This document shows, in pieces, positions 21,235 through 32,800 of a stretch of DNA of 64,000 nt. The DNA is from Epithemia pelagica (Eukaryota; Protista; Bacillariophyta): the NCBI GenBank assembly GCA_946965045.2, contig OX337233.1, positions 2,356,001-2,420,000 of the forward strand, in the 5' to 3' direction. Below the pieces are notes generated by a model that worked only from the letters and a program-made list of their open reading frames with translations, was not told the origin of the DNA and made no database searches. The position numbers and the translations under genes are program-made. Each line of letters begins with the position of its first letter. The first letter of the stretch is position 1.

Positions 21235-23487
21235 ATGGCAACGTCTCAGCTCTCGTACCATGCGGTCCTGATGGAACAAACGTCAGGTGTAAGCAGAAAC
21301 AACGATCAAGGCGAACCAATTGGAGACAGCTCTGAGAGATCTAAGGTGTCATCATCATCCTCAGCTCCCAACAGTCCTTCCCGTAGATCTCGCCGACGAA
21401 GGAAGAAACCGGGAAAGATGGAAGGCCCTTCCGCGGAATCTACTGGGGGACGTGTGCTCTTGACCAGAGAGTCCGTATGGGGAAGTGAAACACAAATGTT
21501 AGAAGAAGCCTTATCAAGAAGGACTTCCTCCTTGTACTCTGGTGATGATGTTGCCTCTCGACGATATGCGGTAGATCATTTGGAAAAGTTATTGGCGAAG
21601 TGGGGTCCACCACCCAAACAAGAAGCGGCGTCGCTCGCAGGACAGCAAGCAGTTGACTCGTTACCTCCATCCAACCCTTGGCAAAGAACAAGACCAACGT
21701 TGATCACATTTGGTTCGTACAGATTAGGGGTACATCGCGCCGATTCCGATTTGGACGTCCTTGCTCTTTGTCCACCAGAATACACTCGAAGTGACTTCTT
21801 CCAATCTTGGGTGAACCTGTTGAAAAGTGATTCCTATATATCAAAGGTACATCCTATACCTCAAGCTTATACTCCGGTGATAAAGTTCATGTTTCGCGAA
21901 AAGATTCAAGTGGATATGCTATTTGCACGATTAGCCGATAGCAAAAAGCTTCGAGAATTCCAACAGCGCCGCGTTGCACCGAATCTTGTGTCTCATCGTG
22001 TTTCTAAGGAAAACTCAGGATTTACTCCTCGCATTGAATATGTTATTGATGATTCTGATCTGAAAGAACAAGATGAAGCGGGAGTACGATCGTTGAACGG
22101 AGCTCGAGTCAGTCAAATGTTGCTGGAAATGGTTCCCGATCTTAACAAGTTTCGAACTGTGCTACGTGCGGTGAAGGAATGGGCTGTATGCAAAGGCATT
22201 TACTCCAACGTGCTTGGATTTCTTGGAGGAGTGAACTATGCAATTTTGGTTGCTCGGATTTGCAAAGAGAATCCTCATGCGGATGCACCTTCGTTGTTGA
22301 AGTTCTTTTTCCAAACCTATTGGAACTGGAATTGGCGTGATCCCGTTCGCTTGCGCCCCATTCAATCCAAGCCTCCGGAAGGCGCACCGCTAATGCCGGC
22401 ATGGGATCCTCAACGAAATCCTCGGGATTCCTTGCACATCATGCCAATCATCACGCCTGCTTATCCCAGTATGAATTCTTCCTACAATGTCGGGATCCCA
22501 CAGCGTCGGCGCATCAGTGAGGAAATGTACTACGCTTATCAGATTCTCTCGTCGGCACCTGTTCCGCCTCCCTCGATTCGCAAAAACTTATCCAACGGAA
22601 GAACAACAAACGTTTTCTCCAAACTCTTTGAACCGTCCGAGTTCTTTTCGAATCACGAGTTCTTTTTGAAGGTTACCATTCAAGCTGCAGACGAACATGA
22701 TTTCATGGAATGGTTCCGCCTCGTAGAATCCAAACTACGATTACTTATTATCAGCATTGAGACTCCCGATATTCATGCGTGGCCTTACAGCCGATTCTTT
22801 GATTGCAAATACGATGGGACAGGGACAGCCGTTGGAGAGTTGGGACGCTCCGATAAGGATTGCTTGCACGAATCCCTCTTTTTCATTGCCCTTCGCTTCC
22901 CGCCCGAGTTGGACACTGTGAACTTGATTCCTTTAATCTCTGACTTCTTGTACAAAGTGAACTCCTGGCCGGGTCGAAAGAAGGGGATGGACCTCACCGT
23001 GTCACATCTCATGGCCTCGGAGTTGCCTCTGTTTGTACGACCGGTCACGCAGGACAAAGAGAACAACAACCAGGGAGTGCTCAATGACAACAGCAACATT
23101 GTCTCCACGGAAAATCAAAGGATGAAAAGCAAGAACCATTACAAGAAGGAACGAAGTCACCGCACTTTGACACGAGCTCCGCTTGCGGGACCACCGTCTG
23201 TCAACCTCGAGGACGATGGGAATATTCCTTGTTCATCCGCTTCGGTTCTCTCCTGCGAACGGGCCGCTGAGACGGAAGAAACACAAAGCATGGCTTCCGA
23301 TGCATCCTTTGGAGATACCAACTCGTCCTGTTCCTCCTCGGCGGAAAGTCATAGCACCAATCACAGCAGCCCCATGAAACGGATTTGCGTGGTGGGAAAC
23401 GGACCCGAGCCAGAAAACATTGCAGATGAAGACCTCGGAGGAGAAGGAGTCGATCCCTCGGATTCCACACAAACGACAACGTCCTAG
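21235..23487 (+). CDS. PAP: Canonical nuclear poly(A) polymerase
   Basis: FGSYRLGVHRADSDLDVL nucleotidyltransferase motif, AYTPVIKF, RSLNGARV, LRAVKEWA..KGIYSNVLGFLGGV, MPIITPAYPSMNSSYNV, VESKLRLLI. Likely ATG at 21235. Confidence 0.96.
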   Translation: MATSQLSYHAVLMEQTSGVSRNNDQGEPIGDSSERSKVSSSSSAPNSPSRRSRRRRKKPGKMEGPSAESTGGRVLLTRESVWGSETQMLEEALSRRTSSLYSGDDVASRRYAVDHLEKLLAKWGPPPKQEAASLAGQQAVDSLPPSNPWQRTRPTLITFGSYRLGVHRADSDLDVLALCPPEYTRSDFFQSWVNLLKSDSYISKVHPIPQAYTPVIKFMFREKIQVDMLFARLADSKKLREFQQRRVAPNLVSHRVSKENSGFTPRIEYVIDDSDLKEQDEAGVRSLNGARVSQMLLEMVPDLNKFRTVLRAVKEWAVCKGIYSNVLGFLGGVNYAILVARICKENPHADAPSLLKFFFQTYWNWNWRDPVRLRPIQSKPPEGAPLMPAWDPQRNPRDSLHIMPIITPAYPSMNSSYNVGIPQRRRISEEMYYAYQILSSAPVPPPSIRKNLSNGRTTNVFSKLFEPSEFFSNHEFFLKVTIQAADEHDFMEWFRLVESKLRLLIISIETPDIHAWPYSRFFDCKYDGTGTAVGELGRSDKDCLHESLFFIALRFPPELDTVNLIPLISDFLYKVNSWPGRKKGMDLTVSHLMASELPLFVRPVTQDKENNNQGVLNDNSNIVSTENQRMKSKNHYKKERSHRTLTRAPLAGPPSVNLEDDGNIPCSSASVLSCERAAETEETQSMASDASFGDTNSSCSSSAESHSTNHSSPMKRICVVGNGPEPENIADEDLGGEGVDPSDSTQTTTS

Positions 23488-24414
23488 ACTCTTGAGAGGA
23501 CACAGAGCCTTGAAATGGGTAAGTTTCAATTGAAACAGATGCATCGCATAGCTGCACATACATACATAACGACATACGGACAATCACTAGAAGAACGCGT
23601 ACTTGCTGATGAGCGAGAGACAGAGAGAGAAAAACGAGCAGACAACACTGTTGAAGAAGACTGAAGGATCTACCATAGACGGGGAGACTACTAGTACCAG
23701 ATCCTTTCATGGAATGACAGATTCAGATAATTTAATGATATAAACACTCAGTTTGGAGCAAAGCACTATATTCCATAGAGCAGGCTATCAGGTTGATTGT
23801 CCAAGAGATGTTCCAACTTTCAACGGAGTCACCTTATTGCAGGGAGACGGCAAGTGGAAGGGAGGCGTTTGATTCTTACAAGCTGAACGGGCCTACTAAA
23901 GGCTCGGCTATCCAATCCCGTCTCTCATTCTGAATCTCAGACCCTTTTTCTACGGGGATTGGTGTGTTTGAGTTTCGGGGCTGGACAAACACAAAACCCT
24001 TGTTGTTGATGCGTCGGGAGTCGTCGGGATCTCCAAACATACCCCTCTTTTCGTGTTGGTGTACAGGGAACGGGGGGCTATATTACCTAGTAGAATTCAT
24101 ATGTTGTGAGGACCATGAGCCGATTCAGTACTCGTACTACATACTTCAGACACGCCTTTTTGTGTGTCCAAAGGGGATGTCTTGCTTGGTACCTTATTGG
24201 TAGGCTCCTATGGTCTCTGGTTGGTTGAGTAAGCAGTGCGGCAAAGCACGTGTCGAACGAAGACATCGACCTGTTCCCGCGACAATGTTTTCCGGGTATC
24301 ATTCCTCCGGCGATTCGGAGGTAATCTAGATACTCCTAACAAGGGTAGACAAAAATAGGACTATCAGTTAGGAGACACCACAAAATACTTGTCATTACAG
24401 TTCGCGATTAATAA

Positions 24415-27400
24415 TTAAACAATGTTGTGCTCATCATCCTCATGACCAGTCGGGCTATCCCAGGAACTGTCTTCGCCACGAGCCATACGTGCTTTCACCT
24501 TTTCTTCTAGGATCTTTAATCGATCCCTCTGGCGTCTGTTTTCACGGTAATACCATATGATGCCTGCCATCATAACAGAAGTAATTCCGGCCCATGCCGC
24601 AATATTCACGAAAAGCTGGTTGTATGGAGCTTCGTCTGGGTCGACGTTTCCGTTGTGCTCTTTCAGATATGATATCCATGCGTTTTCTTGGTAAAAGTTT
24701 ACTGCCATAAGAATAGCATCAAAAGTACCGTGCAGAAGAACGGCAGGCAACAGGATGCGTCCCACTCCAATACGATGTCCATTTTGTCCATCGCCTTCCA
24801 CGAATTTGCGGATCATGTTGATACTCTGTAAAGCGGCCGCAAGAGCGTGAATAGGATATATAGACCGAAAAACAAGAATGATCCACTGTTCCAATATTAC
24901 ATTCCGACGATCGTCATCTCTGGCGTCTTGCGTCGCGGTTCCACCAAAAACAAAGACGTAAAGAAAATTTTCTGCGCATGCAAGTCCAACCGCGACACCA
25001 ATCATTCCAGTCGTAATGGCCATTGCTTTCTGCCGGTAAGTTCGGACGTCCGTCTCGTCTTCATCGAACTCTTCCTCCATTGTTCCTGTTCTTTCAATTA
25101 ATTTCATATCTCTTGGTTTCGTACGACTTTTCTTGGACTGGTTACTGCGATGGGAGTATTGTGAGAGGTCTCCAAATGATCCTGTTCTATTCAGCTCTTG
25201 AACTTGATGAGAGGCAAAAGGATATTTGACCAGTCCGCCCTCAACAGCCGATTCGTCTCGTCTTGTCCGCGTAAGACCAGTAAGAAAAACTAAGTCAGGA
25301 TGCTCCACCGTACGGAATGTGTAGTACTTGCACAGTTCTTCTGTAACTGCAGCCACCACATACGCATTGAAAAGCTCACCAAGAAACCAGAGAATGTGCC
25401 AGTTGTTGAAGATCCATTCAGACACAGGTTCCCCACCAAGCCAGGTAACGAAAACATACAGCGAATAACCAATCGATAAGAACGTGTTTGCCATAATACC
25501 TTCAAAAAAGAAAGCGGATGGAGTGGCTATCAAGAATCCGGCTGCGAACATCTTGATTACTGCATCCAAACTGAGATCGCTCTTGTGGAAAATACCATGG
25601 ACAATAAAAAGAACCAAAAAGGACTGCACAAACGTCGCACTCAATACAATGACGTCAGGCCATGAAAAACCAACTCGGGGATTGAAAATTAGACTTGCCA
25701 CTATCGTGCAGATCGCAAGAATGAAGGTGACGAGTATATACCGACTGAGACGACTTAATGCATTCCAGTGTGGTCTGATTCCAGCTTTCTTCCGCGACTT
25801 CCCCATCCATCCACGCCTCAAGTCATTCACATCTTTTTGGTACTCATGAAAGGGTTGGTGAGTAATGTAATCGATTCTCTGGTATCGTGGTGGAACCAAA
25901 AGTCGGATTTCACGCGCTTCTTGGGCCAGGGCACAAACAGACATGCACTGGAACCAACATTTGCATGCAAATCCGCAACAAAGTGACATGAGGAAGTTGA
26001 AGATGCGGGCAACGACATCTTCATTGTGATGCTTCTTTTTGCGTTTAAATATGCCGCTGTCTGTGACCTCGACCGAGTCAACGACCTCCTCCTCCTCAAC
26101 TACTTCGTCTGATGGGTACCATCCACATAGCGTATGACTGCATGCTCCTTCATACTGATCTTCTCTGCTGTTCTCGTATTTGACACGCTTGGCATCGCCG
26201 ACTTGGGTAGAAGCATAGAAAAGATGGTCTTCTTGCGCCCTCGCCCGAACAAGGTAAAACCGTGTTCTCATCCTACGACGACGACCAAGGAATCCCAAGA
26301 AAAGCAAAAAGGTAAACAAGAGTGCAAATCGGATATTGCTTGCCAGATCTCCATATGAGCTGCTTGTTGTTTCTTCGTTTTCGCTGTTGTAGTTCGCAGC
26401 GTTATAATTACCATAGTTGTCGGCTTGATTGTCTTCCATGAAACGATGTTGCTTTGTTCTCGGAGGGGCTCCGTCCGCTGTTGCTAAATCTAAAAGGAGA
26501 TCCCATTCGTCTCGAATAAATTCAACGGTTGGATGCCACACGTTATCGTGGTAATCTCGAAGCTTGAAGATCCCGTTGAACGACTGATGGGGGTGGATTT
26601 CAATCTCAACATCCACTCCCTCCTCAACCCGTCGATTGCCTCCATTGTATGCATTATAAGCATTGTACGCGTTGTAGTTGTTAGCATCTTGATACGCATT
26701 GTAGGCATTGTAGTTGTTCGCCTGTTGGTACGCGTTGTAGTTATTGTTTGCGTCGTCATTGTTATTCTTATTTGCATCGTCGTTGTTATTGTTATTTGCA
26801 TCGTCGTTGTTGTTGGCATTTCCATCGTCATTGTACTGATTGTTGTTGTATTGATTGTTGTTGTACTGGTTGTTGTTGTACTGATTGTTGTTGTACTGAT
26901 TGTTGTTGTACTGATTGTTGTTGTACTGGTTGTCGTTGTACTGATTGTTGTTGTACTGGTTGTTGTTGTACTGGTTGTTGTTAGCATCGTCATTGTTTTG
27001 GTTTTGGTCATACTGGTTGTCGTCATTATAACCGTAGTAGTCATCGTTGCCATTGTTGTTGTCATAGAATACCAGATCATCTGCCCCGTTTTCTACGGTC
27101 TCCTTTACAAAAAAGTGACTTCCAGCCAATCCATCACCCGTACCCCACACAGCAAAAGTTGCAAACATGAGTATGATGGTAACGAGCAATCCGTAGGCCA
27201 CGATGCGACTTGGAAGTTTCTTCCGTTCAATGTTTTGATGTCGCTTCAGAGCGCCTCTCCTTTCATTCCGTAGATTTAGCAGGTATTCTGTCCGATTTGA
27301 TAGAATAAGACCAAAGCATCCCATTGCAGCGCACACAACTGTCTCGTCCAGAAAAAGACTTTTGATGCTGGTGCTAAAGCCACGATACCGTACAATGGTC

Positions 27401-28119
27401 TTTCCAGAGCCAGTACTGTCCGCTCCAGTGTCAAGGGTCTCTGGAGATTGACTGCGCATTTGATTTTTCATCTTTCTGGACCCTCGGGATTCATAGGAAT
27501 CATCCGAGCCATCATCTGCATGGCTACTATAGAAAATCCTTTGAGAGCCTCCTGATGAGTGGCTTGCCTGACTCTGGCTACGGCTTCCAAGTGAAATATG
27601 ATCATGTGCATCGTCTTCACGTACTGACGAAGCATGGCTACTATTGTCACCTGACTTTCTACGACTGCGAGATGACTTCTCGCCTCCACTTTTCATTGCT
27701 TTTTTGCGACGCACGCCATCTCCGGGAGGAATCCCTCCTGACGCTTGGCGAACAGCTCGTTCTCGCGACGATTCACGGCGAAATAAAGTGGAGATCTTCC
27801 CAGTCAGTCCTCTTCTTGTCCTTGGAAGTTCCGTCACAAAACCATCTCCTCCTCCTCCTCCTCCACCACCACGTCCACGCGAGGCAGTAGAGGCTGCACC
27901 ACTCGTGAAGGACTCTGCTGCATTTGGAGCGGCGAACTCATCCTCAGGTAGATCAGTCTCCTCACGGTAATCAGACATGCCGGTCTTTGGATCCGAAAGA
28001 GTCGGTGCTTGATAACCTGCTGAGTCAAACTCATCATGACCCATCGAGTATCGAGCCGTCTGACGTTCTCTCTCTCGCTCGTAAGCGGAGGCCGAGAAGT
28101 CGATTCGATTGCTGGACAT
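24415..28119 (-). CDS. Multi-pass membrane protein: PrsW-family intramembrane metalloprotease domain, PLAC8-like Cys-rich segment and N/Q/Y/D-rich repeat loop
   Basis: 1234-aa ORF with PrsW motifs AAVTEELCKY, GLACAENFLY, RSIYPIHALAA and VLLHGTFD. LCCGFACKCWFQCMSVCALAQEAREI resembles PLAC8. Confidence 0.85.
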   Translation of the reverse strand: MSSNRIDFSASAYERERERQTARYSMGHDEFDSAGYQAPTLSDPKTGMSDYREETDLPEDEFAAPNAAESFTSGAASTASRGRGGGGGGGGDGFVTELPRTRRGLTGKISTLFRRESSRERAVRQASGGIPPGDGVRRKKAMKSGGEKSSRSRRKSGDNSSHASSVREDDAHDHISLGSRSQSQASHSSGGSQRIFYSSHADDGSDDSYESRGSRKMKNQMRSQSPETLDTGADSTGSGKTIVRYRGFSTSIKSLFLDETVVCAAMGCFGLILSNRTEYLLNLRNERRGALKRHQNIERKKLPSRIVAYGLLVTIILMFATFAVWGTGDGLAGSHFFVKETVENGADDLVFYDNNNGNDDYYGYNDDNQYDQNQNNDDANNNQYNNNQYNNNQYNDNQYNNNQYNNNQYNNNQYNNNQYNNNQYNNNQYNDDGNANNNDDANNNNNDDANKNNNDDANNNYNAYQQANNYNAYNAYQDANNYNAYNAYNAYNGGNRRVEEGVDVEIEIHPHQSFNGIFKLRDYHDNVWHPTVEFIRDEWDLLLDLATADGAPPRTKQHRFMEDNQADNYGNYNAANYNSENEETTSSSYGDLASNIRFALLFTFLLFLGFLGRRRRMRTRFYLVRARAQEDHLFYASTQVGDAKRVKYENSREDQYEGACSHTLCGWYPSDEVVEEEEVVDSVEVTDSGIFKRKKKHHNEDVVARIFNFLMSLCCGFACKCWFQCMSVCALAQEAREIRLLVPPRYQRIDYITHQPFHEYQKDVNDLRRGWMGKSRKKAGIRPHWNALSRLSRYILVTFILAICTIVASLIFNPRVGFSWPDVIVLSATFVQSFLVLFIVHGIFHKSDLSLDAVIKMFAAGFLIATPSAFFFEGIMANTFLSIGYSLYVFVTWLGGEPVSEWIFNNWHILWFLGELFNAYVVAAVTEELCKYYTFRTVEHPDLVFLTGLTRTRRDESAVEGGLVKYPFASHQVQELNRTGSFGDLSQYSHRSNQSKKSRTKPRDMKLIERTGTMEEEFDEDETDVRTYRQKAMAITTGMIGVAVGLACAENFLYVFVFGGTATQDARDDDRRNVILEQWIILVFRSIYPIHALAAALQSINMIRKFVEGDGQNGHRIGVGRILLPAVLLHGTFDAILMAVNFYQENAWISYLKEHNGNVDPDEAPYNQLFVNIAAWAGITSVMMAGIIWYYRENRRQRDRLKILEEKVKARMARGEDSSWDSPTGHEDDEHNIV
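26831..26982. repeat. Coding 15-bp tandem repeat (NNQYN, about 10 units)
   Basis: ctgattgttgttgta / ctggttgttgttgta units on the plus strand, within the PrsW-like gene. Confidence 0.9.
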
Positions 28120-28837
28120 GAAATTGTTGCTTCTTATTAGCTCAAAAGGAGAACAATTGAAAGGGCACTTTCACGTACGAAACGCAGAGAGCAACACACA
28201 CTGTCGCGACAAATAGGCGCTGTCACAGTCTGAAACTGGTCAATCTTCTTGCCGCTCCAAAACTCTTTGCAGGTTCTTCGATGCTGACACCGTAATTGGT
28301 TCCGACCGCCAGAGAGAGTTTCCTTTAGGCCACCGTCTCGGCACTGTGGTACATTGAAGCAACCACACACTCTTGATAAACTCTCCTCGATGGTTCTTCC
28401 TCACGTCAAGAGCAAACACACAAAAGAGGGAAAGAAAGACCAAGGGCGTTAACAAAAAACGCAAAATTGCAACGCCGGGTGAGGTAAGTCTTGTCATCAG
28501 TGGTCGCACAATCTGGCGAGGGATTTCAGTTGCATCTATTCAAATATGCCCGCCATTTAACAAGCCGTGCCAAAAATGCTTCCAAAGCCGATGACACTGA
28601 AACAAAGACTACTCGAGAATGCACTGGCGCACCTGTATCGGCATCATCACGCGCCAGCGCTGACAAAATATTTCTAATTTAGGCTTTGAAAGATCGGAAC
28701 AACGGACAACTTTGCCGTTGTAATGACTAAAAAATACTCCTACTAGAATAAATAAGTAGTGATGAGAGTGAGAAAGTCTATTCTCTCCATTCTTCCATTC
28801 ATCTATTCATTTTATTCATAGGAATAGGTAGTTTGTT

Positions 28838-28887
28838 GAGATGAGAGGAGATGAGAGGAGATGAGAGGAGATGAGAGGAGATGAGAG
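28838..28887. repeat. 10-bp tandem repeat (GAGATGAGAG)x5
   Basis: gagatgagaggagatgagaggagatgagaggagatgagaggagatgagag in the divergent intergenic region. Confidence 0.9.
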
Positions 28888-29837
28888 TCAGAAGTCAGAA
28901 GAGGTCAGAGTCAGGCGAAAGGCGAAGTATCTCATTGATCACAAATCACACCAAATATCGGAATGGACAAGGATAAAGGACAAAGGGCCTACCCCATGCC
29001 CCTTGTTACTTGTTAGATCACGATTCCTTTCGGCCCATTGCATAAAGGTCCATGGTCCCATCTTAGTAGGAGTAAGTCTTAGTAGTAGCTGCAATCTGCA
29101 ATAGCTTCTCAACTCCCAACGTGACAACGTACACCGTTCCCCGTTCCCGTCACCAATACGAGTAGTTCGATTCCGAGGCATTGGTGGTGATCCAGCAAAT
29201 TGCAAAATGATGATGCCATTGATCACCACGAACTGAGCCGTCTATTTAAAGCGTATTTCGTGGAAACTGCAGCAATGGAAGTCGCCTTGGATTCCTGAGA
29301 CGGAGCAAGCAATATGGATATTGTGTATGATGAATGATGAGCCTGGTACAAGAAGTCCACTTGGGATTGGAGAGTGATGGTAGGCGGGATAGCCAACGCA
29401 TGAGCGCGCAGAGTCGCCTACGCGCACACGCCGATGCAATAGGATAATTGTAGGTGCAGACAAACTACACTTGAGTGTTCTAAAGTCTATTCACTATAGG
29501 TTCAATTGAATACTGAAACGAAGAGCGATCAGGATTATAGCGCTCATTGATGGGTCAATCCACCGGACTCCACGCTGCCTCCCTCCGAGAGAACTCGCTC
29601 CCGCTGCATGGGTGTGAGCTTCGATGAGGAGCAGAAGTATAGAAAGCCTTGTGTTGTTGTGGCACCGGGGTTGGTGACAGCACAAGTCAATCAGAATAGG
29701 AAGGGATTGAATCATATTTGTACCGGAATCGATCTCCTTGTGGAAGTTGTTTCGACTGTTGGCATCAGAATTCCTGAAAGAGGAGGTATCGCTCCCTCCA
29801 GATAGCTCCTGCCACATACGGCACCGAAAAACTTACA

Positions 29838-32800
29838 ATGGCACCGAAAAAGAAAAAGGGCAAAAAGACAGTGACAGAGGATGGCAGTCAGAGCAATACT
29901 GCAGATGTGATTCTTCAGCACAAAAAGAAACTTCTCATGGGAAACGGTCGCTGTCCCGTTGTCACGAATGATTTGAACAGCGACGATGATGATGACTCGT
30001 CCGGAGGTCTCGCGAATAACACCCAAGCTGCACCCAACAACTCGTCTGCGATGGAGGATGTTTGTTTACACTGTCAGTCCTTTTCACGCCAAGTTCAAGT
30101 GAGATGCGATGAGTGTAACAGCTACATTTGCAATCATTGCCATTGGTGTCATGAATTTCAAGCCAATCATGAAATACGAGTTTGCGATCGATGCGATGCG
30201 TTTTATTGCCGTGCATGCGATGAAATGGATCAGTGCGACGACTGTGGAGAAGTTGTGTGTGGAACTTGTTCCACATTACTTTCATGCAAGTTTTGCGGAT
30301 GCGGACTTTGTGAAGAATGCGCCACCGCTTGTGGAAGGTATGTTGAGGGACTGCAAACACTGGAAGCAGATAGTTTCTTGGTCGCTATGATTTCATGGAC
30401 TCAATCCAATCGTACTCATTCGTTTTCTGATCTCCTTGTGGTGATTTTGTTCCCGATTTTCCGCTAAAGGTGTGGGATAGTTTTGTGTAGTCGGGATGCC
30501 AAATTTGCCGTGGAGTGCGACACTTGCCGATTGTCTTATTGTTTGGTTTGCCTAGCCAGTGGCAATAAGGACCCATGTGTTCGATGTGGACACCGTCCAT
30601 CAAAACGAATGGAGCAGCTGGTGCATCTTCGACTCAAGTCGATTTACAAAGCTTTCAAGAGTAGTACCACTGCTGCCAGCACTGCGGCGACCAGCTGCAG
30701 TTTCAGCGCATCAAACCATCGGAGTGGTACCAATGGTGCAGATGGTACACACAACAATTATGGACCTTACATCACTGGGAGTGGGAAACAGAGCTCGAAA
30801 AAGTTCGGCTCTTCGAGAACTCCGAACCCTACTTCGGGACATTCCACTAGTTCACGGTTTCGCCATTCCGATGATCCGCTATCGCACCCACCTAGCGTGG
30901 AGGATTTAACACCAGGAGCGCTCATGTTGGCTGCTGCGGCAAGCGCGGCTGCTCCGTCGTCGCAGCTGGCAGCCGCTGCGGCTGCTGCAGCTGCGTCGGT
31001 GGTCCCCAATGCGGAGTTGGCTGCTGCTGCACATGCTGCGGCGGGATTAGTGGCGCATGGAACCAGTTTCGTGGGAAGGTGTTCGGTACCCAATGTTCCC
31101 CCTACAATGGCACCTCCCCCATCCACGACCATACATGAAGCGAGGTTCAATGCGCGTGCCTCAGCGGAATCGTACGAAGCGGAACGGGTAAAGGCAGAGA
31201 AAGCTGCGGCGGAGCTTCTCGCCGAATTGGATGAAGAAGAACAAGCTGAGAAGACCAAAAAGTCCAAGAAGAAAAAGAAAAAAGAACGACAGCAGGCAAA
31301 ACGTGAAGAACAGAAAAAAGTGAACAATCCCGAGTTGGATGAAAATAGTAATATGGCGACGCAAGATGGAAAGTCGCATGCTCCATCTATTCGGAATGAT
31401 TCGCCCTCTGGTGGAGAGAAGAAAGATGTAAACAAGCATCATAGCTTGAATCATGTTGAGAACAATACCGCAACAACGACGGCTAGTTCGAGCACAAATC
31501 CAACAGTTCGAGAGGAACCGACTACGGGGCAGGAGGACTCAACACAGCGTGAAGTAGAAACTGATGTAGATCCTTTAGAAAAACAGTGTCGAGTTCTGGA
31601 GGAAAAGGGGGATATCCAGGGACTGGAAGAGCTGCTTTCATCGATGAAGGGTGTCCCTGGAAAAGCAGTGCTCCGGAAGAATGCGAAAAAGGCTCTGAAG
31701 CGACTTCGCGCTGTAAATGAAGAAACTGTGGGAGATGAAGCCATCGTGGCGAAAGTTCCTCACAGCATCGACAAAGCTATGACAGAAGTCACTGATTCTC
31801 ACCAGTGGACAGCCATTCCCGAAACCCCGTCAGCACGACCGCCTGATTTGGTATCTCATAATGCCACCACTTCGCGTAGCCATCAACTTCACCCAGGAAC
31901 TGTCACGCCACCACTTTCTCAGACTCCACGGGTTTCAGACCTTCTGCAGATTGTTTCACACAGCCACAACAAGGTGAATTCCATTTCCAGGAATCCTAAG
32001 GGGAATCCAGGAACTCCCAAAAGCGAATGCATCATGCATATGTCTCCCTTGATAGTTGGGAAGGTCATTGGTAAGGGTGGGCAACGTATCCGTGACTTGA
32101 TGGAGGAAAGTGGAGCTCGTATATGGATTGATCAAGACTCCATGGCACCACAAGATCCTCGCATCGTATACGTTAGTGGTCAAAGAGGTAATGTAGACTC
32201 TGCGGTTCAGATGATAACCGATATCGTGTCAAAAGCACCCTCGGATACACCAACTTCCAAGCAAGCATCGGCTCCGGGAGCACCTGCTGCGAGTCCCCAT
32301 GACACTGACATGGTGCCGCTGACAAGTCCAGCCAGTGTCAGCAAAATTCCAGGTATGCCTGTCAATATTGGAGCTAATGGGGGTTCTGCATTTCAGCTGA
32401 AGCCCCGAGAAAAGAAATCAGGTGATGGGAAATCATACCGGGAGATGTCGTGCGACCCTCGCTTTGTACCTCTCTTGATTGGGCGACGAGGATGGACCAT
32501 CAAAAATATTCAAGATTCTAGTGGAGCCCGTGTAGACATTGACCAGAACGTGACTCCGCGAAGGATCACCATATCTGGAAGTGATGAGGCTGTTGATATA
32601 GCAGCGCGCATGGTTGGAGACGTCTTAAGCTACCCCCACTCTCTTCTCCACAGTGGTGTAGATGATATTGACTTGTTTGGTCCGGGTGAAGCTATGATCG
32701 GAGAAACAGAAAACACTGCTAAAGACGTTGCGGGGATTGTAAGACGGCGGAGCGAGGGAGTAGATCAAACAAGTGTCGAGAGACCCTCTTCTCCCTGTGA

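Noticed and set aside
26533-27273. 246-aa Val/Ile-rich ORF resembling a membrane protein
   Set aside because: Antisense translation of the NNQYN repeat
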